Virus record (IMG/VR): IMGVR_UViG_3300045988_130823 | Direction: 5' to 3' (one strand) | DNA length: 37,164 bases | Origin: a virus | In this document: piece after piece, positions 6,706 to 15,886 of the stretch | Numbering within the stretch: the stretch's first letter is position 1 | How the letters are laid out: each line of letters starts with the position of its first letter | Notes under the pieces: generated by a model | Told to the model about the DNA's origin: nothing | The model's input: the letters and a program-made list of their open reading frames with translations, nothing else | The model's database searches: none | Translations under genes and position numbers: made by a program

Positions 6706-8542
6706 TGAATTACTAGATACAGCAGATATATTCGAAATAAATAAATTAACTGCAGAAGAATTATTAAGTGAAGAGAAAATAAAATATATCTTTGCTATAG
6801 ATAATCCAGTACAAAAACAAAAAGTATTAAATCAATTTGAAGAGAGAGCAAAACAATTAAAAATAAAAAGAAATTTTTCAAATTTATTAAAAGCATATCA
6901 AGCAGAAATGGTAATTCAACAAAAGTCTACGAATAGTAAAAAAAGTAATTTTACAGATTGTCCATATCCTTCTATGAAAACAGGAGAATGGGAAGCAAAT
7001 GATATTGAGATATTTAAGCACAAATATGACACGACAATGACTCCTATTAAAGTAAAAGCATGTAGTCATCCAATTATACCTATTGAACGTTTAATTAACT
7101 TAGATACTAATTTAGAAAAAATTAAACTTGCTTTCTATAAGGATCAAAAATGGCAAACAGTTATAGTTGAAAAAACAACTATAGCAAGTAAAACAAAAAT
7201 ATTACAATTAGCTAATTTTGGAATAGAAGTAAACGAAAATAATGCTAAAGAATTAATTACATATCTATCAGATGTATTAGAGTTAAATGACATAAAACCA
7301 CTTATTTCTACAAATCATTTAGGATGGATTGATAAAGAATTTATTCCATATACAAGTAAATATGTCTTGGATGTAGATAAAGAATTTAGACAAAAAATAG
7401 ATTCTATAACTGAAAATGGAAATTATGAAGATTGGAAAGCTTATATAAGGAATTTAAGAAAAAATAGTAAAACATTAAGATTTATGATTGCAGCTAGCTT
7501 TGCAGGTGTTTTAGTAAGAATATTTAAATTAAATACTTTTATAGTTCATCTGTGGGGTAAAAGTGGAAATGGAAAAACAGTAGCAGAGATGGTTTGTGCT
7601 TCTATATGGGGTAGGCCAGATAATAATATGATTAGTAATTTATCAAATACAGCAATAGCAAACGAAAGATTATGTAATTTTTATAGAAATATGCCAATAT
7701 TTTTGGATGAGTTACAAATAGCTAAAGCAAGATATAAAAGTTTTGATGAATTAATTTATGTACTAACGGAAGGAAAAGGAAAAGAAAGAGGAACAGCAGA
7801 TACAGGAATTAGAGAGCAGACAAGTTGGCAAACAATAATAATTTTAAATGGAGAAGAACCTATTACAAGCGATACATCTAAAGAAGGAGTTAAAAACAGA
7901 GTAATAGAAATAAATGACGATTCTCCAATAATAGAAGATGGAAATGCAACTGTTAAATTTATTCAAGATAATTACGGATTTGCAGGAAAAGAATTTATAA
8001 AGCTAATTGAAGATAGAGAAAAATTAGACAAAGTAAATAGTAAATTTGTAAAAGATATTTCTGAATTAACAGAATATAAGAAACAAGTAAATGCTTTTGC
8101 TTGTATTATGACAGCTGATTATTACTGTAGTAAATTAATATTCAATGATGAACCGTTAAGTTTAGATGATATTAAAGAATATATAAGAGAAGATACAGAT
8201 GAAGCAGAAAGATATATGAATATTATAATTGATACAGCAAATGCCAATATTAATAATTTTTATGACAATGATAGTGCATTTCCACCATCTGGACAAATTT
8301 GGGGAAAACTAGAAAAAACAACAGATGGAAAAGGAGCTATTATGTATTACGATTTTATTCCAACAAAACTACATGAAATATTAGACGAAAATGGAATCAG
8401 TTGGAATAGTATAAAGAAAAAATTATTAAATCAAGGATATATTGAAGTTGATAGAAAAGGGAAATATCAGGTTAATGCAAGGATAAATGGGACACAACAA
8501 AGAGTAATAAAAGTAAAAAATATATATTTTAATGATGATTAA
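6698..8542 (+). CDS. DUF927 / D5-type SF3 replicative helicase
   Basis: Walker A LWGKSGNGKTV and Walker B IFLDELQ. ATG 6698 overlaps the upstream stop codon (ATGGCTGA). An iteron origin lies immediately downstream. Confidence 0.75.
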   Translation: MADELLDTADIFEINKLTAEELLSEEKIKYIFAIDNPVQKQKVLNQFEERAKQLKIKRNFSNLLKAYQAEMVIQQKSTNSKKSNFTDCPYPSMKTGEWEANDIEIFKHKYDTTMTPIKVKACSHPIIPIERLINLDTNLEKIKLAFYKDQKWQTVIVEKTTIASKTKILQLANFGIEVNENNAKELITYLSDVLELNDIKPLISTNHLGWIDKEFIPYTSKYVLDVDKEFRQKIDSITENGNYEDWKAYIRNLRKNSKTLRFMIAASFAGVLVRIFKLNTFIVHLWGKSGNGKTVAEMVCASIWGRPDNNMISNLSNTAIANERLCNFYRNMPIFLDELQIAKARYKSFDELIYVLTEGKGKERGTADTGIREQTSWQTIIILNGEEPITSDTSKEGVKNRVIEINDDSPIIEDGNATVKFIQDNYGFAGKEFIKLIEDREKLDKVNSKFVKDISELTEYKKQVNAFACIMTADYYCSKLIFNDEPLSLDDIKEYIREDTDEAERYMNIIIDTANANINNFYDNDSAFPPSGQIWGKLEKTTDGKGAIMYYDFIPTKLHEILDENGISWNSIKKKLLNQGYIEVDRKGKYQVNARINGTQQRVIKVKNIYFNDD

Positions 8543-8840
8543 GTGTTACACCTGTTACACCTAAGTTACACCCAAAGGTGTAACACCAAAAATATTAGAG
8601 TATCAAGCATTTTAATTAAATAATATATATATGTTACACCTAAATAATATTTATATATACGTATAGGGAAATTAGATATATGTATTCTATTAATTATATA
8701 TATATGTATTAAATTCAAAAATAGGTGTAACGGTGTAACAAATTTTTGAAATGCTAGAGTAACAAGCATTTCACTGTTACACCTGTGGTGTAACAAGGGT
8801 GCAACAGAATAAAAAAGGTGTAACAAGAAAGGATAAAAAG
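8543..8840. repeat. Putative replication origin: 11 copies of the octamer GGTGTAAC/GTTACACC flanking an AT-rich core
   Basis: GTTACACC at 8545, 8554, 8565, 8633 and 8776. GGTGTAAC at 8577, 8724, 8732, 8787 and 8817, plus GGTGCAAC at 8798. (TA)n-rich core 8641-8720. A second repeat TAGAGTAnCAAGCATTT occurs at about 8596 and about 8755. Confidence 0.7.
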
Positions 8841-9098
8841 ATGATAATAGTAAGTCAAGATAAAACAGAATTAATTAATTTTAGTAATATAGTTCGATTA
8901 GAAGTATCAAATAATGCAGAAGGACAAGCATTAATAGAAGGACATAATTTTTGTAATGATTTTGAAACAGTAATCGGACTATACAATACAGAAGAAAGAG
9001 CAAAAGAAGTATTAGAAGAAATAGTTGATACTTATAAATTCAATAGATGCTATGCTGTAGGACAAAAACAAGCAGTATACCAAATGCCAGAGGAGTGA
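8841..9098 (+). CDS. Hypothetical protein
   Basis: ATG 8841 follows AAAGGA. The upstream in-frame GTG extension runs through the iterons. Confidence 0.6.
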   Translation: MIIVSQDKTELINFSNIVRLEVSNNAEGQALIEGHNFCNDFETVIGLYNTEERAKEVLEEIVDTYKFNRCYAVGQKQAVYQMPEE

Positions 9099-9103
9099 TG
9101 ATA

Positions 9104-9319
9104 ATGGATATAAAGAAATATAAAGAAATGTATAACCATTTACTACAAAGATACCAAGATGGCATAAATTACATAACAGATCATCCAGAAAAAGTTGATG
9201 ATTATGTAAAAGATATAAATGAAATACAATCAGTAGCTGAATTTTTCTTAAAAGAAATAATGCGAAAACAAAAAGTATCTAAAGATGAAATTTTGGGAGG
9301 ATTTAAAATTGAACAATAA
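9104..9319 (+). CDS. Hypothetical protein
   Basis: AGGAG lies 8 nt before ATG 9104; an alternative ATG is at 9098. Confidence 0.6.
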   Translation: MDIKKYKEMYNHLLQRYQDGINYITDHPEKVDDYVKDINEIQSVAEFFLKEIMRKQKVSKDEILGGFKIEQ

Positions 9320-9674
9320 AAATATAGGAAATAAATTCGAAAATGAATTAGCAGAAAAGTTATCTAAAAAAGGATATTGGGTTACTTTACTAACACCAAA
9401 AGCACATGTAGGAAGTCAACCATGCGATATTATAGCAGTAAAAAATAATAGGCCAATATTAATTGATGCTAAAACATCTTCTACGTATTTATTTACTATT
9501 GAAAGAATAGAAGAAAATCAAAGAAATGCTTTTAAAAGATATAAAGAGTGTGGAAATAAAGATTTTATTTTAGCAATAAAATATGAAAATAAAATTTATT
9601 ATAAAAATTTAAATGATATTAACTTTAAAGATAAAAGTTTTGATATACGAAAGGAGCGAATATGGAATTTATAG
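9309..9674 (+). CDS. Holliday-junction resolvase-like PD-(D/E)xK nuclease (Hjc/RecU-like)
   Basis: GNKFENELAEKLSKKGYWV...QPCDIIAVKNNRPILIDAKT fits the D...D/ExK pattern. GGGAGGA lies 8 nt before TTG 9309; an in-frame ATG is at 9285. Confidence 0.6.
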   Translation: MNNKNIGNKFENELAEKLSKKGYWVTLLTPKAHVGSQPCDIIAVKNNRPILIDAKTSSTYLFTIERIEENQRNAFKRYKECGNKDFILAIKYENKIYYKNLNDINFKDKSFDIRKERIWNL

Positions 9675-11035
9675 TAGCAAATAATATTCGTGTAAAAAAT
9701 CCAGATAAAAAAATATTAGATTATGCAGAAAGAAAAATGGTAATTGCAAATCCAAATTATATCAAAAATCAGTATTTAGGTTATTCAAATTATAATACAC
9801 CACGAAATTTAGTTTATTATGAATTAGATGGTAATGATTTAATTTTGCCATTTGGATGCTTAAGTGATTTGTTTAAATTATATCCTGGACAATTATTTAA
9901 AAATAACATTGTTTTAGGAGAAAAAATAAAATACGAATCTAATATTAAATTATTTGATTATCAAGAAGAGGCGTGTAATGCAGCAATAAAATTAAAAAAT
10001 GGAATATTAGTTATGCCAGCAGGTTCTGGAAAAACACAAACAGCATTAGAAATTATTGCGAGGTTAAGTTATAAAACACTTTGGATAACACATACTATAG
10101 ATTTATTAAATCAAAGCTATAATAGAGCAAAAAGTAATTTCGAAGGAATAGGACTAGGCAAAATTGCAAATGGCAAAATAGAAATAGGAACCCATATTAC
10201 ATTTGCTACAGTACAGACATTATCAAAAATTGACCTAACGGAATATGCTGATAAATGGGATTGCATAATTGTAGATGAATGTCATAGAGTATGCGGAACG
10301 CCAGCAAGTGCAGGTATGTTTTATAAAGTAATAAATAAATTGGTAGCTAGATATAAATACGGACTAACAGCGACACCATATCGAAATATAAAAGGAACAG
10401 AAAAAGCTATGTTTGGTTTACTAGGAAATATAATCATAGAAATTCCTAAAGAAACAATAGAAAAAAGATTAGTTCCTGCAACAATAGTTAAAGTCAAAAC
10501 AAATTATATTATTTCAGATGAATGCTTAAATACAGATGGAACATTACAATATGCTAAATTGACAACAGATTTAGCAGAAGATAATGAAAGAAATAAAATG
10601 ATAGTAGATATCTTAAAGAAAAGAAAAAATAACTACTGTTTAGTTTTATCAGATAGATTAAATCAACTTAAATTTCTAAATAATAAAGTTCCAGGATTAA
10701 TTATAGATGGAAAAATGACAAGTATAAAAATGAAGAAATACAGAGAAGAATGTATTTCAAAGATTAGAGCAGGAGAGGTACATATATTATATGCAACATA
10801 TGGTCTTGCTAAAGAAGGATTGGATATACCAAGATTAGATACTTTAGTTTTAGCTACACCACATAGAGATAAAGCGACTATAATTCAAGCAGTTGGTAGA
10901 GTAGAGAGAAAGTTTGAAGATAAAAAAGACCCTATAGTATATGATTTAGTAGATGGAACTTTATATTTTGAAAAAATGTATAAAACTAGAAAAAGATATT
11001 ACAAAGAAAATAAAAATAAAATTATTAAAGAATGA
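9662..11035 (+). CDS. SF2 DEAD/DEAH-box DNA helicase
   Basis: Motif I MPAGSGKTQTA, motif II IIVDECHR, motif III GLTATPYR and motif VI QAVGRVER. Confidence 0.85.
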   Translation: MEFIVANNIRVKNPDKKILDYAERKMVIANPNYIKNQYLGYSNYNTPRNLVYYELDGNDLILPFGCLSDLFKLYPGQLFKNNIVLGEKIKYESNIKLFDYQEEACNAAIKLKNGILVMPAGSGKTQTALEIIARLSYKTLWITHTIDLLNQSYNRAKSNFEGIGLGKIANGKIEIGTHITFATVQTLSKIDLTEYADKWDCIIVDECHRVCGTPASAGMFYKVINKLVARYKYGLTATPYRNIKGTEKAMFGLLGNIIIEIPKETIEKRLVPATIVKVKTNYIISDECLNTDGTLQYAKLTTDLAEDNERNKMIVDILKKRKNNYCLVLSDRLNQLKFLNNKVPGLIIDGKMTSIKMKKYREECISKIRAGEVHILYATYGLAKEGLDIPRLDTLVLATPHRDKATIIQAVGRVERKFEDKKDPIVYDLVDGTLYFEKMYKTRKRYYKENKNKIIKE

Positions 11036-11259
11036 AAGGAAATATTATGGAAAAATGTTTACATTGTGGAAAAGGACAAGCTAAATATTGTGAAAAATGT
11101 TATCAAGATTTGATAACTGAAAATACAAACTTACAAATAGATAGAAATAAACTTTTTGAATATAAATACTATGATGAGCAAAATAATTTAATAGCAATAA
11201 TTAATAGAAAAGAATTAGCAAAACTATTAAATGTAAATGAAATAAGGTTAGGTGAATAA
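11032..11259 (+). CDS. Small zinc-ribbon protein
   Basis: CLHCGKGQAKYCEKC. ATGA overlap with the helicase stop codon; an alternative ATG is at 11047. Confidence 0.55.
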   Translation: MKGNIMEKCLHCGKGQAKYCEKCYQDLITENTNLQIDRNKLFEYKYYDEQNNLIAIINRKELAKLLNVNEIRLGE

Positions 11260-11262
11260 AAA

Positions 11263-11466
11263 ATGATAGAAATATTATTATTTATAATAATGCTTTACAT
11301 ATCTATTTCTTGTATATTTTTTGTTTACTTTGTTTTTAATAAGATAAAAATAACTTGTATTATGGAAAATATCAAAATAACATTAGAAGGATCAAAAAAA
11401 TATTTAGTCTATGGAACAATGAGTTTATTATGGCCTAAAACAATTATTGATTCATGGAGGAATTAG
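11263..11466 (+). CDS. Small membrane protein
   Basis: N-terminal hydrophobic segment IEILLFIIMLYISISCIFFVYFVF. Confidence 0.5.
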   Translation: MIEILLFIIMLYISISCIFFVYFVFNKIKITCIMENIKITLEGSKKYLVYGTMSLLWPKTIIDSWRN

Positions 11467-11467
11467 G

Positions 11468-11863
11468 ATGGATATAGAAGAGGATATAAATATATTAGAA
11501 AATCTAAAAAAATACTTAAATTTATTAATCTATGAAGGAACACATAAAATTATTTACAATGACCTAGACTGGGATGAGAAAACTATTGATTGTATTAATG
11601 CAATAGAACACATATTAGCAGAAAGAGAAGAAGATAAAAAGAAAATAGAAGAGTTAGAAGATGAAAACAGAATACAGAGACATCAGATAATGGCTGCTTA
11701 TGATAATGGATACATACCAAAGCAAAAAGTAAAAGATAAATTTAATAAATTAATTACAAGAATAAAAGAGTTTAAAGATCCAGAAATAAAAAAATATTTT
11801 AGTATAGAGCAAATTATAGACTTACTGGAGCAATTTGAAAATAAGTTATGGGAGGATAAATAA
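11468..11863 (+). CDS. Hypothetical protein
   Basis: GGAGG lies 7 nt before ATG 11468. Confidence 0.6.
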   Translation: MDIEEDINILENLKKYLNLLIYEGTHKIIYNDLDWDEKTIDCINAIEHILAEREEDKKKIEELEDENRIQRHQIMAAYDNGYIPKQKVKDKFNKLITRIKEFKDPEIKKYFSIEQIIDLLEQFENKLWEDK

Positions 11864-11864
11864 T

Positions 11865-12542
11865 ATGTATAATAAGATACATTGTCTTTTTGAACAAAGT
11901 GGAACTTTTAAAAATGAATTTAAAAAGTTAGGATATGAAGCTTTTGATTATGATATCCAAGATGAATTTAAAGAAACAGATTATGTATGCGATTTGTTTG
12001 GGGATATAGAAGAAGCATATAAAAATAAAGAAAGTATATTCGATGACATTACAAAGAACGATTTAATAATAGCATTTTTTCCTTGTATACGATTTGAAGA
12101 ACAAATCCAAATGGCTTTTAGAGGAACACAATTCCAAATGAAAAAATGGACTTATGAACAAAAATTAGAAAATGATTTAAAGTTACATAGAGAATTGGCA
12201 AGTTTATACGAATTAATTACTAAATTAGCAATTATATGTTTAAGAAGAAAAATACCACTAATAATAGAAAATCCATATTCAACTACGCATTATTTAGTGA
12301 AATATTGGGCTATTCCAGCAACAATAATTGACAAAGATAGAACTCTTAGAGGAGATTTTTACAAAAAGCCTACACAATATTGGTTTATTAATTGTGTACC
12401 TAAATATAACATGATTTTAGAGCCACAAATTTGGAACAAAACAAAAACAATAACAAATACATCAAACAAAACAGAAAGAAGTTTAATAAGTAAAGAATAT
12501 GCAAATAGATTTATAAGAGAATTTATAATAGAAGGTGATTAA
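11865..12542 (+). CDS. Minimal C5-cytosine-methyltransferase-like protein (no obvious target-recognition domain)
   Basis: Motif I-like CLFEQSGTF, motif IV-like FFPC, motif VI-like IIENP and a C-terminal ERSLISKEYANRF. Only 225 aa. GGGAGGA SD. Confidence 0.55.
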   Translation: MYNKIHCLFEQSGTFKNEFKKLGYEAFDYDIQDEFKETDYVCDLFGDIEEAYKNKESIFDDITKNDLIIAFFPCIRFEEQIQMAFRGTQFQMKKWTYEQKLENDLKLHRELASLYELITKLAIICLRRKIPLIIENPYSTTHYLVKYWAIPATIIDKDRTLRGDFYKKPTQYWFINCVPKYNMILEPQIWNKTKTITNTSNKTERSLISKEYANRFIREFIIEGD

Positions 12543-12773
12543 ATGTTAAGAATAAAAAAAGAAGTTGATTTAAAAGAACTAGAAAAGTTTGGATATTTTG
12601 ATTATGGAGAAAGTTATATGAAGGTTGGAATTAATAATGAAAGATATTTTATAAATAAGAATACAAGAGAAATTACAAGATTGCATCCATACAGTTTAAG
12701 AGAAATTCCAACAGAAAATGAAATGTCAGATTTAATAACAGCAGGCTATGTAGAAAAAGTAGAGGAGAAATAA
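12543..12773 (+). CDS. Hypothetical protein
   Basis: ORF tightly packed against its neighbours (TAAATG junction). Confidence 0.55.
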   Translation: MLRIKKEVDLKELEKFGYFDYGESYMKVGINNERYFINKNTREITRLHPYSLREIPTENEMSDLITAGYVEKVEEK

Positions 12774-12774
12774 A

Positions 12775-13023
12775 GTGAGAAATATATTTGATGTATTAAA
12801 ACAAATAAAAAATGCTTTAGGTGAAGATAATGAATATAGCGAAATAAAAGCAGGAATTGATGAAATAGAATATAGTTTAAGATATAAAGCTTCAGAAGAT
12901 GTATGGAACTATGTATATGACAAATTAATAGTAGATTTTATACCTCCAGAAACAGAAATAGACTATAAAGTTTTGTCAATATGGACTACTAAAACAGTAG
13001 AAGAATTGAAAGAAGGTGAATAA
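12775..13023 (+). CDS. Hypothetical protein
   Basis: GTG start 7 nt after GAGGAG. Confidence 0.55.
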   Translation: MRNIFDVLKQIKNALGEDNEYSEIKAGIDEIEYSLRYKASEDVWNYVYDKLIVDFIPPETEIDYKVLSIWTTKTVEELKEGE

Positions 13024-13027
13024 TTAA

Positions 13028-13312
13028 ATGTTAATACCGATTGTAGATATGAAAGAATTTGAAAAAATAGGATTTAAAAGATGCAAAAGACCTTATAATA
13101 TGTGTTACTATTTATGTTTTGCTAGAGGAATACAATATATTTTTTTAAGTCCAGTAATGATTGATATTGTAAAATGGGAAGATAATGACCCTAGAATACA
13201 TAAAAGAGCTAATTGTAGATATAGAGATGAGAGAACAGCATTAGAATTTATAGTTGAGATGTCAAAAAACGATATGATTACTTGCGACTATTTAGAGAAA
13301 GTAGGGAAATAA
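13028..13312 (+). CDS. Hypothetical protein
   Basis: ORF in a tightly packed early-gene block. Confidence 0.55.
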   Translation: MLIPIVDMKEFEKIGFKRCKRPYNMCYYLCFARGIQYIFLSPVMIDIVKWEDNDPRIHKRANCRYRDERTALEFIVEMSKNDMITCDYLEKVGK

Positions 13313-13315
13313 GGT

Positions 13316-13666
13316 ATGAGTGCAACTAAAGAATATTTAAAAGAATGGAGAAAACAAAACAAAGAGCATATAAAACAATATCATAAAGAATGGAGAATCC
13401 AAAATAGAAAACTATATAAACAATATTATTTAAATAATTTTAAAGGTAGAAGTTTACCAGAAAATCCATATTATATTTCTCAAAAATCTAATTTAATTGG
13501 AAAGAAATATGGAGAATGGACTGTATTAGACGAATATATAGAAAGAACAAACAAAAGAAGATATCTTCTAGTAAGATGCAGTTGTGGTTTAATAAAATGC
13601 ATTCAAAAATATACAGTTACAAGTGGGGAATCAACTAGCTGCGGACATTGGAGAAGAAAAAAATAG
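13316..13666 (+). CDS. Hypothetical zinc-ribbon protein
   Basis: YGEWTVLDEY...RCSCG...SGESTSCGH is a Cys cluster of a kind common in phage DNA-binding proteins. Confidence 0.55.
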   Translation: MSATKEYLKEWRKQNKEHIKQYHKEWRIQNRKLYKQYYLNNFKGRSLPENPYYISQKSNLIGKKYGEWTVLDEYIERTNKRRYLLVRCSCGLIKCIQKYTVTSGESTSCGHWRRKK

Positions 13667-13690
13667 CATAATAGATTGGAGAGAAGCGTT

Positions 13691-13912
13691 ATGACAGAAG
13701 AAGAGATAAAAGAAAGAATAAAAAAATTAAATAAGAAATTAGAAGGTTATTTAGAAGTAGGAAATACAAAAAGAGTAAATGCAATAACAAACGAAATAAG
13801 AAAATGGGAAAATTTACTTTATAAAATAGATGGAAGTTTAGAAAAAAAGATAGAAAGGTTAGAAAATTTTATTCAGCACAAAGATTTATGGCTAGAATAT
13901 TTACACTATTAA
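13691..13912 (+). CDS. Hypothetical coiled-coil protein
   Basis: GGAGAGAAG lies upstream of ATG 13691; an in-frame TTG is at 13676. Confidence 0.55.
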   Translation: MTEEEIKERIKKLNKKLEGYLEVGNTKRVNAITNEIRKWENLLYKIDGSLEKKIERLENFIQHKDLWLEYLHY

Positions 13913-14103
13913 AGGAGAGAAGAGGATTGAAAGAAGATAAAAAGATAGAACAGCTTATAGCAATGGGAGTAAAGTCAATAAATATAAGCAAAGAAAAGTA
14001 CAACAGCTTAAAGCAGGAAACAAAGAACTTGATTAAGCTTAATGCTATAAAAATAAATTTTATAAAAGAGGAAGGAAAAAAGATTAAATGCAAAGAGAAT
14101 TAA
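13888..14103 (+). CDS. Hypothetical basic protein (start uncertain)
   Basis: ATG 13888 lacks an SD. An in-frame TTG at 13927 lies 9 nt after AGGAG. Confidence 0.45.
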   Translation: MARIFTLLKERRGLKEDKKIEQLIAMGVKSINISKEKYNSLKQETKNLIKLNAIKINFIKEEGKKIKCKEN

Positions 14104-14306
14104 AAGATTGCAGAACAATAGGTTTTAGAAGAAGCAATAAGGGAAGGACAAGTAATGTCTACATGATAAGAGAGTGTGATAACTGTCATGCTATATTAGA
14201 ATTTCCAAGTGATGAAGTAAGCACTAAAGTCAATATGAAAGAATACGAAGAATATATAATTTGTCCAAACTGTTTAAATAAAGTGACAGTATTACAACAC
14301 AAATAA
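14088..14306 (+). CDS. Small zinc-ribbon protein
   Basis: CDNCHAILEF...CPNCLNK. Confidence 0.55.
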   Translation: MQRELKDCRTIGFRRSNKGRTSNVYMIRECDNCHAILEFPSDEVSTKVNMKEYEEYIICPNCLNKVTVLQHK

Positions 14307-14326
14307 ATATAGAAGAAGGTGAGTAG

Positions 14327-14677
14327 ATGACTAAAGAGCAAGAAGAGATTATAAATAGATTAAGCAAAATTACTAATAGACAAATATTATATGGAAATAA
14401 ATGTGGAATAACAATAGAAGGATTTAGAGAATTACAAGAAGATATAGAAACAGTATTAAACATGCTAAAAGAAAAAGATGCAGAGATAGAGCAAAAAAAT
14501 GAGGTATTGAATAGAGTATATGACTTTATTTGGGAGAACGACTGTTGTAGATATTTTTCAAAAAAGCATGCTTTGTATAATCAAGTATTAAATTTTGATA
14601 GTTGTTTAGGAAACTGCAAAAGAAATTGTATAAAACAATATTTTGAAAGGAAAGTGGAAGATGAGTGTAAAAGGTAA
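14327..14677 (+). CDS. Hypothetical protein
   Basis: GAAGGTGAG SD. Confidence 0.6.
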   Translation: MTKEQEEIINRLSKITNRQILYGNKCGITIEGFRELQEDIETVLNMLKEKDAEIEQKNEVLNRVYDFIWENDCCRYFSKKHALYNQVLNFDSCLGNCKRNCIKQYFERKVEDECKR

Positions 14678-14951
14678 AATTAAAAGATTAAATCAACAGT
14701 TAAAAGAAAGTAAAGATGAATTAGAAACATATAAATTATCTAATAGAAGATTAAGAGAAAAGCTTGATTCTCAAATAGACAATAGAACACTTGAGAATAT
14801 AATAAAGTTTGCTATAACTAATCATGTAGGAAATTTAAAAGCAGGAATAATGATAGATGCTGTAGCAATAGATAAAATGAAAGATTTAAGGCTATTAATA
14901 GATAGAGACAATGAATGCGGACGAGCTTATATCATAAGAGTTATATATTAG
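14661..14951 (+). CDS. Hypothetical protein
   Basis: ATG 14661 follows AAAGTGGAAG; an in-frame alternative is at 14643. Confidence 0.55.
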   Translation: MSVKGKIKRLNQQLKESKDELETYKLSNRRLREKLDSQIDNRTLENIIKFAITNHVGNLKAGIMIDAVAIDKMKDLRLLIDRDNECGRAYIIRVIY

Positions 14952-14960
14952 GAGGTACAA

Positions 14961-15374
14961 ATGGGAAATCTTAATGTCGAAAATTATGAGTTAAAATTAG
15001 AAGTTGGAAATGCTGTATGCTTTGATTTTGATGGTGTAATTCATAAATATTCTAAAGGTTGGTATGATGGAACTATATATGATACATATAATAAAAATGT
15101 ATTAGAATTAATTCAAGTACTAAACAAAATTGGGATACCTATATTTATTTGTTCAACTAGAGAATCGACACAAATAATAAATTGGTGGAATCAACAAGGT
15201 TTCTTTATAGATGCAATAAAAGTTAATGAAGAAGATACTTTTTGGAATGATATGAAATTTATAGGAGTAACAAATAAAAAATTACCTGCACAACTTTATG
15301 TAGATGACAGAGCATATAAATATGAAAATCAAACAGTTAAAGAATTTCTAATGGATTTATCTAAAAAGATATAA
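14961..15374 (+). CDS. HAD-superfamily phosphatase / nucleotidase-like protein
   Basis: Motif I CFDFDGVIH, STR, and a motif IV-like YVDDRA. AGGAGG SD. Confidence 0.6.
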   Translation: MGNLNVENYELKLEVGNAVCFDFDGVIHKYSKGWYDGTIYDTYNKNVLELIQVLNKIGIPIFICSTRESTQIINWWNQQGFFIDAIKVNEEDTFWNDMKFIGVTNKKLPAQLYVDDRAYKYENQTVKEFLMDLSKKI

Positions 15375-15404
15375 AAAAAGTTCTATTAATTGGAGGGATT
15401 ACAA

Positions 15405-15812
15405 ATGACAGAAAATGCTGCTAAAAAAGAATTATGGTCATATATGAATAGTAAAAAATTAGAAGAAAGAAAATTAGAACAAATTGAAGAGCAGAAAATA
15501 AAACTGACTAAAGTTACATCTGTCTTATCAGATATGCCAAAAGGTACTCCAGATAATCATAAATTAGATACAAATATTGTGCAATTAATGGAACTAATAT
15601 CTAAACATATCAAAATAATGGAAGATGAAGAAAAGAATTTAATAAAAATAACAAATAAAATTAATATGGTAGATCAACCATATAAAAATATATTAGAATT
15701 AAGATTTATAGAAGGTAAAAAAGTATATGAAGTATCAGTAGCAATTGATAGGAGCTATAGGTATACAAAGACTTTAATTAAAAAAGCTATAAAAAAATAT
15801 GCAGAAATATAA
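15405..15812 (+). CDS. Late-gene transcriptional activator, sigma-70 region-4-like (ArpU/RinA/DUF1492-type)
   Basis: C-terminal ILELRFIEGKKVYEVSVAIDRSYRYTKTLIKKAI is an r4-like HTH. It is the last gene before the packaging module. GGAGGG lies 7 nt before the ATG. Confidence 0.6.
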   Translation: MTENAAKKELWSYMNSKKLEERKLEQIEEQKIKLTKVTSVLSDMPKGTPDNHKLDTNIVQLMELISKHIKIMEDEEKNLIKITNKINMVDQPYKNILELRFIEGKKVYEVSVAIDRSYRYTKTLIKKAIKKYAEI

Positions 15813-15886
15813 AAAAAGCACCTTTTTGGTCTTTTTTAGCACCATAAAAAAATTATATATATATAATGACAAAAAAATAAATAATT

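Noticed and set aside
8566-8826. 86-aa minus-strand ORF in the supplied track
   Set aside because: It lies wholly within the iteron and AT-rich origin region. Its sequence is simply the translation of the GGTGTAAC repeats and (TA)n tracts, and it has no SD.
8543-8840. Possible CRISPR array, because of the many short repeats
   Set aside because: The repeats are only 8 bp long, occur in both orientations with irregular spacing, and no cas genes are present. The pattern fits origin iterons.
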